From Burkholderiales bacterium (GTDB taxonomy: Bacteria; Pseudomonadota; Gammaproteobacteria; Burkholderiales; SG8-39): DNA of 64,000 nt. Shown here piece by piece: positions 35,031 through 43,592 of this stretch (the stretch's first letter is position 1; each line of letters starts with the position of its first letter). A model generated the notes under the pieces. That model saw only the letters and a program-made list of their open reading frames with translations. It made no database searches and had not been told where the DNA came from. The stretch is from contig DATGGA010000026.1 in assembly GCA_035308765.1 (NCBI GenBank), forward strand, positions 876 to 64,875, in the 5' to 3' direction. Both the position numbers and the translations under genes were made by a program.

Positions 35031-35473
35031 GGGGCGTTGGCGAGCAGGCGCTTGAGAAACAATACCAGCAGACGGGTTTCGGCCTTGCTGAAGCCTCGCA
35101 GGAAACGGTTGAAGACACCGATCGCCACGTTGCCGATGCGCGGTATCGCTGCGCGCCCCGCGGCCGTCAATTCGATGCGCACGTTGCGCCGATCGCGGGC
35201 GCTGCGCACGCGGCGCACGAAATTTTTTTTCTCCAGTCGGTCGAGCAGGCGCGTCATTGCGCCGGGGTCGTACTGCAGGGCGCGGCAGAACTCCGCGGCA
35301 TGCGAAGCATCGCCGTGCGCCAGCTGGAACATGACGATCGCCTGAGGCCCCGTGAGGCCGTGCGGCGCCAGTTCGCGCTCCATCGTTTCGAGCAGCGCGC
35401 GGCGCACCTGGCCGACCAGGTAGCCGAGCGTTTCGTGCGGGTTGACGCCGAGCGGGTTCTTGAGGCGGGCCAC
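35027..35473 (-). CDS. marR: MarR family transcriptional regulator (proposed GTG start, apparently leaderless)
   Basis: 148 aa from GTG 35473 with a winged-helix core (GLTGPQAIVMFQL...AEFCRALQYDPGAMTRLLDRLEKKNFVRRVRSARDRRNVRIELT). The alternative ATG 35563 would put a near-consensus promoter inside the CDS. Confidence 0.8.
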   Translation of the reverse strand: MARLKNPLGVNPHETLGYLVGQVRRALLETMERELAPHGLTGPQAIVMFQLAHGDASHAAEFCRALQYDPGAMTRLLDRLEKKNFVRRVRSARDRRNVRIELTAAGRAAIPRIGNVAIGVFNRFLRGFSKAETRLLVLFLKRLLANAP

Positions 35474-35479
35474 CGGCGC

Positions 35480-35508
35480 ATAATATTTGCCTAGGCAATC
35501 ATTGTCAA
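35480..35508 (-). promoter_or_regulatory. Near-consensus sigma70 promoter with embedded perfect palindrome (TTGACA-17 nt-TATTAT; operator TTGCCTAGGCAA)
   Basis: Minus strand: -35 TTGACA (35508-35503), 17-nt spacer containing the 12-bp palindrome TTGCCTAGGCAA (35487-35498), and -10 TATTAT (35485-35480). The marR GTG begins 6 nt after the -10. Confidence 0.7.
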
Positions 35509-35561
35509 GGCAACGGTTTGCCCGGCGCAGCGGGTAGACTCGGACTTTCAGGGAGGGAGAC

Positions 35562-36662
35562 ATGAAGAAAATCTTGCTGCTGAGCGGCGCGCTCGCGTTG
35601 CTCGCCGCCTGCTCGGGAAGCCCCGAGCGCATGCAGGCTGCCGGCGTGCCGCAGTACAGGGTGGACCCGGGCTGGCCCAGGCCGCTGCCGTCGAACTGGA
35701 TTCTCGGCCAGGTGGCAGGGATCGCCGTGGACAAGAACGACAACATCTGGATCGTGCACCGGCCTTCGACGCTGCTTGACGACGAGAAGGGCGCGCAGGC
35801 CAGTCCGCCCGCGACGACATGCTGTATCGCCGCGCCGCCGGTGCTGCAGTTCGACCAGGCCGGCAACCTGCTGCGCAGCTGGGGCGGGCCGGGGCAGGGC
35901 TACGACTGGTTCGAGAGCGAGCACGGCATCTTCGTCGACAACGACGGCAACGTCTGGGTGGGCGGCAACAGCCCGAAGGACCACCATATCGTCAAGTTCA
36001 CTGCCGACGGCAAGTTCCTGCAGCAGCTGGGCAAGCCGGGCAAGTCGGAAGGCTCCAACAGCACGACTCAGCTCGGCAGGCCCGCGCACATGCAGGTCGA
36101 CGCCGCGGCGAACGAGCTCTACGTCGCCGACGGCTACGGCAACCGGCGCATCGTGGTGTTCGACGCCACCACGCTCGCCTACAAGCGCCACTGGGGCGCC
36201 TACGGCGGCCGGCCCGAGGACGGCAAGCTGCCCGCCTACGATCCCAAGGGGCCGCCGATGCGCTCCTTCAACAACCCGGTGCATTGCGTGCGTTTCTCCA
36301 ACGACGGCCTGGTGTACGTCTGCGACCGCGGCAACGACCGCATCCAGGTGTTCGAAAAGAGCGGCAAGTTCGTGAAGGAGTTTCTGATCGAGCGCGAGAC
36401 GCTGCAAAACGGTTCGGTCTGGGACCTGGTGCTGTCGGAAGACAAGGAGCAGAAGTACCTCATCGTCGCCAACGGCGCCGACAGCCACCTGCTGGTCGTC
36501 GACCGCAGCACGGGCGAGGTGCTGTCCACGTTCAGCCGCCCGGGGCGCATGGCGGGCGAGCTGAAATGGGTGCACAACCTCGCCATCGATTCGAAGGGGA
36601 ACCTCTATACGGCGGAAGTCGGATCCGGACGGCGGGCGCAGAAGTTCGTCCGCCAGCCCTGA
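35562..36662 (+). CDS. NHL-repeat beta-propeller lipoprotein (peptidyl-alpha-hydroxyglycine lyase-like)
   Basis: 366 aa with the MKKILLLSGALALLAAC lipobox and repeated NHL-like blocks (DNIWIVHR, GNVWVGG, LYVADGYGNRRIVVF, VYVCDRGNDRIQVF, NLYTAEVGSGRR). SD GGGAGGGAG. Confidence 0.75.
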   Translation: MKKILLLSGALALLAACSGSPERMQAAGVPQYRVDPGWPRPLPSNWILGQVAGIAVDKNDNIWIVHRPSTLLDDEKGAQASPPATTCCIAAPPVLQFDQAGNLLRSWGGPGQGYDWFESEHGIFVDNDGNVWVGGNSPKDHHIVKFTADGKFLQQLGKPGKSEGSNSTTQLGRPAHMQVDAAANELYVADGYGNRRIVVFDATTLAYKRHWGAYGGRPEDGKLPAYDPKGPPMRSFNNPVHCVRFSNDGLVYVCDRGNDRIQVFEKSGKFVKEFLIERETLQNGSVWDLVLSEDKEQKYLIVANGADSHLLVVDRSTGEVLSTFSRPGRMAGELKWVHNLAIDSKGNLYTAEVGSGRRAQKFVRQP

Positions 36663-36664
36663 CC

Positions 36665-37471
36665 ATGTTCGCCGGCAAGGTCATCGCCATCACGGGCGCC
36701 TCCGGGGGCATCGGCGCCGAACTCGCGCGCCGGGTCTCCGGCAAGGGCGTCTGGCTCGCGCTCGCGGCGCGCAACCTGGAAAAACTGGAGAACACCGCCG
36801 CCGAATGCCGCGCGCTGGGCGCCGAGGCGGTCGCGATCCGCTGCGACGTGAGCGCGCAAGCCGATTGCCGCAACTTCATCGAGGAAACGGCGCGCAAATA
36901 CAGTTCGCTCGACATCCTGGTGAACAACGCCGGCGTCTCGGGACACGCGCTGTTCGAGGACGTGAGCGACTTCGGCTGGTACGAAGACATGATGCGCGTG
37001 AACTACATGGGCAGCCTGTACTGCACGCGCTACGCCATTCCGCACCTGAAAAAGCGCCGCGGCCAGATCGTCGCCATCTCCAGCCTGGCCGGCAAGGTCG
37101 GCGTTCCCGGCCGCACCGCCTACAGCCCTGCCAAGGCGGCGCAGGCGCTGTTCTTCGAAGCCCTGCGCCTGGAACTGCGGGAAAGCGGCGTCGACGTCAC
37201 CATCGTCTATCCCGGCGTGGTCTCGACCGATATCCGGCTGCACGGCTACGGCGCCGACGGGCAGGCCGCGGGCTACAGCGGCCTCAAGGAAGACGACGCC
37301 ATGCCGGTGGAGGAGTGCGTGCGGCAGATCATTGCCGCCACGCTCGCGAGAAAGCGCGAACTGGTCATGACCTTGCAGGGGAAAATCGGACTATGGATGA
37401 AGCTTGCGTTTCCCAAGGTGGTGGACCGGATGGTGCTGCGGGCGTTGAAGAAGAACCCGGGCGAGAGCTGA
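36665..37471 (+). CDS. SDR family oxidoreductase
   Basis: TGASGGIG, NNAG and YSPAKAA (YxxxK) motifs; 268 aa. Confidence 0.9.
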   Translation: MFAGKVIAITGASGGIGAELARRVSGKGVWLALAARNLEKLENTAAECRALGAEAVAIRCDVSAQADCRNFIEETARKYSSLDILVNNAGVSGHALFEDVSDFGWYEDMMRVNYMGSLYCTRYAIPHLKKRRGQIVAISSLAGKVGVPGRTAYSPAKAAQALFFEALRLELRESGVDVTIVYPGVVSTDIRLHGYGADGQAAGYSGLKEDDAMPVEECVRQIIAATLARKRELVMTLQGKIGLWMKLAFPKVVDRMVLRALKKNPGES

Positions 37472-37472
37472 G

Positions 37473-37940
37473 TTGGGCATCCGTTCTCTCGAGCTCAAGA
37501 TTCCGCCGCCGGCGGTGGCGCTGTGCTTCGCGATTCTCATGTGGCTGGTTTCCTGGCTGATGCGGCCGATGCAGGTGCCGTTCGACGTTCGCCTGGGCGT
37601 GGCGCTGCTGCTCGGCGTGGCCGGTCAGGTCATCAGCGTCGGCGGCATGATCGCGTTCCGGCGGGCTAAGACGACCATCAACCCGTTCAAGCCGGCGGCA
37701 GCGTCGTCCCTGGTGAGCGAAGGGGTCTACCGCTACACGCGCAACCCAATGTATGCCGGCTTGCTCCTTACGCTCATCGGCTGGGCGGCATTCCTGTCGA
37801 ATCCGCTGGCCTTGCTGTTGCTGCCGCTCTTCGTGCTGTACATCAACCGGTTCCAGATCGATCCCGAAGAGCGGGTGCTGTCGTCGCTCTTTGGCGCAGA
37901 GTATTCTGACTATAAAAACAGGGTGCGCAGATGGCTTTGA
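37473..37940 (+). CDS. Isoprenylcysteine carboxyl methyltransferase (ICMT/PEMT) family membrane protein
   Basis: 155 aa with LELKIPPP at the N-terminus, GVYRYTRNPMYAG and EERVLSSLFGAEYSDYKNRVRRW. TTG start 1 nt after the SDR stop. Confidence 0.82.
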   Translation: MGIRSLELKIPPPAVALCFAILMWLVSWLMRPMQVPFDVRLGVALLLGVAGQVISVGGMIAFRRAKTTINPFKPAAASSLVSEGVYRYTRNPMYAGLLLTLIGWAAFLSNPLALLLLPLFVLYINRFQIDPEERVLSSLFGAEYSDYKNRVRRWL

Positions 37941-38644
37941 AGACCGACACGAAAATTCGTTCGAGCGAAGGTCCCGAGTTCGATTGCTACGTGGCGACGC
38001 CGGATGCGGGGCGCAAGGTTCCGGCGATCGTGCTCGCGTCCGCCATACACGGCGTCGACCAGGATCTGCGCGGCATTGCCGACGATTTTGCTTCCCGCGG
38101 CTACATCGCGGCGGCGCCGGATCTGTTCTGGCGCTCGGTGCCGGGACCGCTGGTGCGCGACGATCCGCGATCGGCGCCGCGAGGACAGCCGCGGCTGGAA
38201 AAAATCAGGGCCGGCGAACGGGACATGGCCGACGTGCTGCCGATGCTGCGCAAGCTGCCGCAATTCAACGGCCGGGCAGCGGTGATCGGCTTCTGCTACG
38301 GCGGCCCGTATGCGATTCTCGGCCCGAAGCGCCTGGGCTATGACGCCGGTATTTCCTGCCACGGCACGCAAATGCTCGACTACATCAAGGACCTCGACGG
38401 GGTCCGGCAGCCGGTCTGCATCATCTGGGGCGATCAGGACGTGATGGCGCCGGCGAATGTGCTGGAGGCGTACCGCGCGGTGCCGGCGCGCATGAAAAAC
38501 GTGGAAGTGCACGTGTTTCCAGGCGTGCAGCACGGCTACATGATGCCCGGCGCGAAGGCCTTCGACAGGAAGGTGTACGACTTTTCCATGGAACGCGCTC
38601 TTGCCATCCTGGAACATCTCCGGATCGGCGCGCCCCGCGCTTAG
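37931..38644 (+). CDS. Dienelactone hydrolase family protein (Cys nucleophile type)
   Basis: 237 aa with the GFCYGG nucleophile elbow and a distal His in PGVQHGY. Overlaps the ICMT stop by 10 nt. Confidence 0.85.
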   Translation: MALKTDTKIRSSEGPEFDCYVATPDAGRKVPAIVLASAIHGVDQDLRGIADDFASRGYIAAAPDLFWRSVPGPLVRDDPRSAPRGQPRLEKIRAGERDMADVLPMLRKLPQFNGRAAVIGFCYGGPYAILGPKRLGYDAGISCHGTQMLDYIKDLDGVRQPVCIIWGDQDVMAPANVLEAYRAVPARMKNVEVHVFPGVQHGYMMPGAKAFDRKVYDFSMERALAILEHLRIGAPRA

Positions 38645-39321
38645 TAGGCGCGGATACCGAACAGCAGGGGGTGAAACCAGAAGAACAGCGCGTATAGCGC
38701 GAGGCCGATCGTCGGGTTGCGCCAGCCGATCTCGCGCCCGTCGAACCGGTTCCTGCCCTGCAGGACGGCGCCGAACGGCAGGTAGGAGGTGACGGCGGCG
38801 AAGCGCTTCCAGTCTTCGCCCAGGGTCCGCGCCTTGCGCTGGTCCAGCACCAGGGCGCCCAGCGCCGCCACGACGAAGAAGCCGCCGAAGAACACCGAGG
38901 CCATGTGCTCGCCGCGCGCCAGCAGGTGCGCCAGCGACCAGAGCATGATGCTCCACATGACCGGATGCCGCGTGACGCGGATGATGCCGCGCGCCGGCTC
39001 GGGATTCCTGAGCAGCTTGTCGGCGCCGACGAGTGTCGGATTGCGCGACAGCAGGCCGCAGGCCAGCAATATGAACGAGAAGGGCATGACCACGGCGGGC
39101 AGCCAGCGCGTGCCCACCCACAACGGCTCCAGTGGCGCGTGGTTGTAGGCCCGGATCATCCAGCCGAGGGTGGCGAAGGCGACCAGCGAGTAAAGGGCGA
39201 GATAAGCCCGCTCGCCGATGCCGCGGACCAGCACGCCGCGCAGCGGGGTGCTGGAGATGAAATGCGTCGCGATGAAGGCCGCGGTGGCGTAATAGAGTTG
39301 CGCGTCGTCGCCCATGTTCAT
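38641..39321 (-). CDS. nnrU: NnrU family membrane protein
   Basis: Start trimmed to ATG 39321 (MNMGDDAQLYYATAAFIATHF...). GIIRVTRHPVMWS is typical of NnrU. ATGA overlap with the pepN stop. Confidence 0.8.
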   Translation of the reverse strand: MNMGDDAQLYYATAAFIATHFISSTPLRGVLVRGIGERAYLALYSLVAFATLGWMIRAYNHAPLEPLWVGTRWLPAVVMPFSFILLACGLLSRNPTLVGADKLLRNPEPARGIIRVTRHPVMWSIMLWSLAHLLARGEHMASVFFGGFFVVAALGALVLDQRKARTLGEDWKRFAAVTSYLPFGAVLQGRNRFDGREIGWRNPTIGLALYALFFWFHPLLFGIRAY

Positions 39322-41840
39322 GCCAGGGATTTCGAGATGATCTCGCCGACGTCCTTCGACAGGCCGGCAGCGTCGCGGATGCGCTCCAGCTGCGTTTTTG
39401 CCCTCGCTTGCCGCGCAGGATCGAATTTCTTCCACCGGTCGAACCCGCGCGCGATACGCGCCGCGACCTGCGGGTTGAGCTTGTCGAGCACCAGCACCTG
39501 GTCGGCGAGGAATGCGTAGCCGCCGCCGTCGGTCGCGTGGAAGCGCACGTGATTGACCGAGAAGCTGCGGATCAGCGAATAGACCTTGTTCGGCACCTTG
39601 ATGTCGAAGGCGGGATGCGCGAGCAGTTCGCGCACGCGCGCGAGCGTCCCGGGCAGGCGTGACGCGGCCTGAACGGCAAGCCACTTGTCGACGATCAGCG
39701 GATCGCCCTTCCACTTGCCGTAGAAAGAGTCGAGCGCGATCGCGCGCTGCGGCGCGTTGCTGTTCGCGAGTGAAGCGAGCGCCGCGAACTGGTCGGTCAT
39801 GTTGGCCTGCCCCTTATCCTGCTGGCCGAACTGCTCGTAGCACAGCGCCACCACGTCGCCGGTCTCCAGCTCCATCAGGTAGGAGAGCGCCAGGTTGCGC
39901 AGCGCGCGCTTGCCCGAGGCGGCCGCGTCGGGCGAATAAGGCCCGGCGATCTTCAGCTTGCGGTACAGGTCGAGAAATTCGTCCTTGAGGGCGGCGGCCA
40001 GCGCCTTGCGCAGCGTATTGCGCGAAGCGTGCAGGCGATCCGGATCGACGACCGCCAGCTGCTCGGCGAGGAATGTTTCCGAAGGCAGCGTCAACACTTC
40101 GGCGACGAACGCATGATCGGCCTGCTCGAGGATTTTCCGGACCGATTCCAGGAACGCATCGGTCGGCCTGCCGTCCCGCTCGAGGATGATTTCCGCAGCC
40201 AGCCGCTGCGCGGCCTCCCAGCGGTTGAACGGGTCGTCGTCGTTCGCCAACAGGTGGACCAGCTCCGCCTCGGTATAGGGGTAGTTCAGGATCACCGGCG
40301 CGGAAAAGCCGCGCAGCAGGGAAGGCACGGGTTGGTCCTTGCACTTGAAGGAGAATTTCTCTTCCGCCTTTTTCAGGGACAGAACCTTCTCGTGCTCGCC
40401 GATTTTCACCGCCAGCGGGATATGAAACGGCGGATTCATGGACTGCTTTACGTTCAGGGTGAAAGTACCGTTCCCGTAAGAGCCTGAGCAATCCAGCACC
40501 GGGGTCCCCGCGACGTCGTACCAGCGCCTGAACTGCGACAGATCCACGCCCGAGGCGTCTTGCATCGCCTGCACGAAGTCGTCGCAGGTGACCGCCTGGC
40601 CGTCGTGGCGCCTGAAGTAGAGCTTCATGCCGTCCTGGAATTTCTTCTCGCCCAGCAGCGTGTGCTGCATGCGCACCACTTCCGCGCCTTTCTCGTACAC
40701 CGTCATGGTGTAGAAGTTGCGGATCTCGACGTAGGACTGCGGCCGCACCGGGTGGGCCATGGGGCCCGCGTCCTCGGCGAACTGCCCCGCGCGCAGGCTG
40801 CGTACCTCCTGGATGCGCGTCACTGCGCGCGAATAGGTGTCGGCGCCGTATTCCTGGTCGCGGAACACCGTCAAGCCCTCCTTCAGGGAGAGCTGGAACC
40901 AGTCGCGGCAGGTGACGCGGTCGCCGGTCCAGTTGTGGAAGTATTCGTGCGCCACCACGCGGTCGATGTTCAGGTAGTCCGCGTCGGTGGCGGTATCCGG
41001 GCGCGCCAACACGTACCTGGTGTTGAAGATGTTGAGGCCCTTGTTCTCCATCGCGCCGGAGTTGAAGTCGCCGACCGCGACGATCTTGTATTCGTCCAGA
41101 TCCAGTTCCAGGTCGAAGCGTTTTTCGTCCCAGAGGATGGCGCGCTTCAGGCAGTCCAGGGACCAGCCGGCCTGGTCCAGCTTGCCGGGCTCGACATAGA
41201 TATAGAGGGTCTTCGTCTTGCCCGATCTCGATTTGACTTCTTCTTTTATGAATTCCAGGTTCGCGGCAACGAGCGCGAACAGGTAGCTCGGCTTCGGATA
41301 CGGGTCCTCGAATTTCGCCCAGTTCTCGCCGGAGGCGACGAGGTTGCCGTTCGACAGCAGCACCGGGTACTTCTTCTTGTCCGCATGCACGGTCACCGTA
41401 TAGGCCGCGAGGTTGTCCGGCCGGTCGAGGAACCAGGTGATGCGGCGGAAGCCCTGCGCCTCGCATTGCGTGACGAAGCCGCTCTGCGTGGCGTAGAGAC
41501 CTTCGAGCCTGGTGTTCTTCTGCGGCACTATGCGCGTCACTGTATCCAGCGTGAAGGCATCGGGAACGCCGGGAACGGACAGGGACTCTTTTGTTATTTT
41601 GAATTGATTTTTTCGAAGAAGGATTTGATTCAAAGAGACGGAGACAAGCTCAAGCTCATCCCCATCCAGTTCCAGCGCCGCATCCTTCTCGCTCGAGGCC
41701 GGATTGCGGCGCACGGCGAGCGTGGCCTTGACGAGAGCGTCGTCGGCGCGGATGTCGACGTCGAGCGTTACCCGCTCGATGAGGAACGCAGGCGGGGCGT
41801 AGTCCTTGAGGTGGGTCGCATTGGCTTGTGCTTCGCGCAT
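39318..41840 (-). CDS. pepN: Aminopeptidase N (M1 family)
   Basis: 840 aa with GAMENKG, HEYFHNWTGDRVT and LKEGLTVFRDQE. Confidence 0.95.
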   Translation of the reverse strand: MREAQANATHLKDYAPPAFLIERVTLDVDIRADDALVKATLAVRRNPASSEKDAALELDGDELELVSVSLNQILLRKNQFKITKESLSVPGVPDAFTLDTVTRIVPQKNTRLEGLYATQSGFVTQCEAQGFRRITWFLDRPDNLAAYTVTVHADKKKYPVLLSNGNLVASGENWAKFEDPYPKPSYLFALVAANLEFIKEEVKSRSGKTKTLYIYVEPGKLDQAGWSLDCLKRAILWDEKRFDLELDLDEYKIVAVGDFNSGAMENKGLNIFNTRYVLARPDTATDADYLNIDRVVAHEYFHNWTGDRVTCRDWFQLSLKEGLTVFRDQEYGADTYSRAVTRIQEVRSLRAGQFAEDAGPMAHPVRPQSYVEIRNFYTMTVYEKGAEVVRMQHTLLGEKKFQDGMKLYFRRHDGQAVTCDDFVQAMQDASGVDLSQFRRWYDVAGTPVLDCSGSYGNGTFTLNVKQSMNPPFHIPLAVKIGEHEKVLSLKKAEEKFSFKCKDQPVPSLLRGFSAPVILNYPYTEAELVHLLANDDDPFNRWEAAQRLAAEIILERDGRPTDAFLESVRKILEQADHAFVAEVLTLPSETFLAEQLAVVDPDRLHASRNTLRKALAAALKDEFLDLYRKLKIAGPYSPDAAASGKRALRNLALSYLMELETGDVVALCYEQFGQQDKGQANMTDQFAALASLANSNAPQRAIALDSFYGKWKGDPLIVDKWLAVQAASRLPGTLARVRELLAHPAFDIKVPNKVYSLIRSFSVNHVRFHATDGGGYAFLADQVLVLDKLNPQVAARIARGFDRWKKFDPARQARAKTQLERIRDAAGLSKDVGEIISKSLA

Positions 41841-41861
41841 TACGCTAGACTAGCCTTTGCC

Positions 41862-43223
41862 ATGACCGTTCGCAATTCATTGCGCGAACTTCTCGCGCTG
41901 GCTGGCCTGGACGAAGCGGCGGCAAACGAAGTCGCGTTCGGCGGCGACGATCCGGTCTTTCCAACGCCGTTCCGCGTCGGCACCGCCGGCGCCGCGGTCC
42001 TGGGGGCGGTGGGAGTGGCCGCCTCCGACCTTTGGTTCCTGAAAACAAAAAAGCCGCAGTGCGCGAGCGTCGAAGTACGGGCCGCCGCTGCCGCCATGCG
42101 CAGCGCGCGCTACCTGAAGATCGACGGCCAGGCGCCGAAGGAAATCTGGGATCCGCTAAGCGGCTTCTACCCGGTGCGGGACGGCTGGGTCAGCATCCAC
42201 TGCAACTTCTCGAACCATCGCGAGGCGGCGATGAAAGTGCTCGGCGATCCGGCCGATCGCGCCGCGGCCGAGGTCGCAAGCCTGGGCTGGGACGGAGTGG
42301 CTCTCGAGGATGCGATCCACTCCGCGAAAGGCTGCGCCGGGTTTGCGCGCGGCGCTTTCGAGTGGGCGCAGCATCCGCATTCGGCAGCGGTGGCGGCCCA
42401 GTCTCTCCTGGAAATCAAGAAAATCGCAGAGTCGAAGCCGGAACCTCTTCCTGCAGGAAAACGTCCTCTCAGCGGCGTGCGCGTGCTCGATCTCACGCGC
42501 GTGCTGGCCGGCCCGACTTGCGCGCGCACGCTTGCAGAACATGGCGCGGATGTGCTGAAGATCGCCGGACCACACCTGCCTGACTCGGGATCGGCCGAAT
42601 TGGACACGGGCCTCGGCAAGCTGCAGGCGTTTCTCGACCTGCGCGCGCCGTCCGGCGTAGAGACTTTGCGCGGGCTGCTGAAGGAAGGAGACATCTTCTC
42701 GCAGTCCTTCCGCCCGGGGACGCTCGCCGCGCGCGGCTTCTCACCCGAGCAGGCCGCCGCGCTGCGGCCGGGGATCGTATATGTCACGTTGAGCGCCTGG
42801 GGCACGGAAGGCCCGTGGCGCAAGCGGCGCGGATTCGATAGCATCGTACAGACCGTGAGCGGCATGGCCTATGCGCAGGGCGGCGAGAAGCCGAAGCTGA
42901 TGCCGGTTTCGGCGATCGACTATGTCAGTGGCTACCTGATGGCGTTTGGCGCGATGGTGGCTCTGGCGCGGCGCGCGCGCGAGGGCGGCAGCTGGCTGGT
43001 GCGGGTCTCGCTCGCGAGAACAGGAAAGTGGATCGTGGATCGTGGAACGGTCGCGGATTTTGCTTCGGTACAGAACCCGGAAGTGAAAGACTTGCTGATC
43101 AAAACCAGGTCCCCCGTCGGGGAAATCGAGCATCTCGGGCCGGTGCTCGGCCTGTCCGAGACGCCGCCGTACTGGGAGCGGCCGCCGATGCCGTTAGGCA
43201 CTCATCGAGCGGAATGGCCCTAA
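41862..43223 (+). CDS. Family III CoA-transferase (CaiB/BaiF)
   Basis: Start trimmed to ATG 41862 (MTVRNSLRELL...). A LSGVRVLDLTRVLAGPTCARTLAEHGADVLKI core preceded by a ~190-aa N-terminal extension. Confidence 0.8.
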   Translation: MTVRNSLRELLALAGLDEAAANEVAFGGDDPVFPTPFRVGTAGAAVLGAVGVAASDLWFLKTKKPQCASVEVRAAAAAMRSARYLKIDGQAPKEIWDPLSGFYPVRDGWVSIHCNFSNHREAAMKVLGDPADRAAAEVASLGWDGVALEDAIHSAKGCAGFARGAFEWAQHPHSAAVAAQSLLEIKKIAESKPEPLPAGKRPLSGVRVLDLTRVLAGPTCARTLAEHGADVLKIAGPHLPDSGSAELDTGLGKLQAFLDLRAPSGVETLRGLLKEGDIFSQSFRPGTLAARGFSPEQAAALRPGIVYVTLSAWGTEGPWRKRRGFDSIVQTVSGMAYAQGGEKPKLMPVSAIDYVSGYLMAFGAMVALARRAREGGSWLVRVSLARTGKWIVDRGTVADFASVQNPEVKDLLIKTRSPVGEIEHLGPVLGLSETPPYWERPPMPLGTHRAEWP

Positions 43224-43257
43224 GATTAACTTCTACTGCTAACAGCGGGAGGGTTCT

Positions 43258-43533
43258 ATGAAGTCGCGATGGATGATGATTGGCGCTGCTGCGCTACTGC
43301 TGATCGCCTGCGTACCGGTCGCGGTCCAGGGTCCGGTCCCCGGTGTTGTGTATAACCCGGCTGACCCGTACTACTACTCGCCCACGTACTGCGCCGGGTG
43401 CTGGTATGGCCAATGGGGCGGGCGCATCGGTTACCACGCTGGTGGGGGGCGTCCGTGGGAGCGCCCGCACAGCGAAGCGGATCACACCGGGCTAGACCGT
43501 GGGCGCAACGTCATGCATGAAGGTCACCGGTGA
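43258..43533 (+). CDS. Hypothetical small lipoprotein (Tyr/Pro/Gly/His-rich)
   Basis: 91 aa with GGGAGG SD, signal plus LLIAC lipobox, and a low-complexity PADPYYYSPTYCAGCWYGQWGG. No family recognised. Confidence 0.55.
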   Translation: MKSRWMMIGAAALLLIACVPVAVQGPVPGVVYNPADPYYYSPTYCAGCWYGQWGGRIGYHAGGGRPWERPHSEADHTGLDRGRNVMHEGHR

Positions 43534-43553
43534 GACTTTTCTGGTGACTGAGC

Positions 43554-43590
43554 GAATGACTGCTTTCCCGCTGCCGCGGGAAAGACGGAC
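43554..43590. repeat. REP-like element, copy 5 / probable bidirectional terminator hairpin
   Basis: GAATGACTG-CTTTCCCGC-tgcc-GCGGGAAAG-ACGGAC between convergent genes. The 9-bp GC stem is followed by a T-run a few nt downstream on the plus strand. Confidence 0.6.
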
Positions 43591-43592
43591 TA

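Noticed and set aside
32452-35498. Track ORFs of 888 aa (32452-35118) and 627 aa (33615-35498) that would fuse emrA, the OMF and marR-antisense sequence. Similar 5' extensions occur at 10616-12589, 38641-39714, 48845-51031, 60770-62158, 35819-37471 and 21728-22876.
   Set aside because: The recognisable protein begins at an internal ATG/GTG with a signal peptide, lipobox or Rossmann N-terminus, often overlapping the upstream stop by 1-4 nt. The upstream extensions are low-complexity and overlap the neighbouring gene in another frame.
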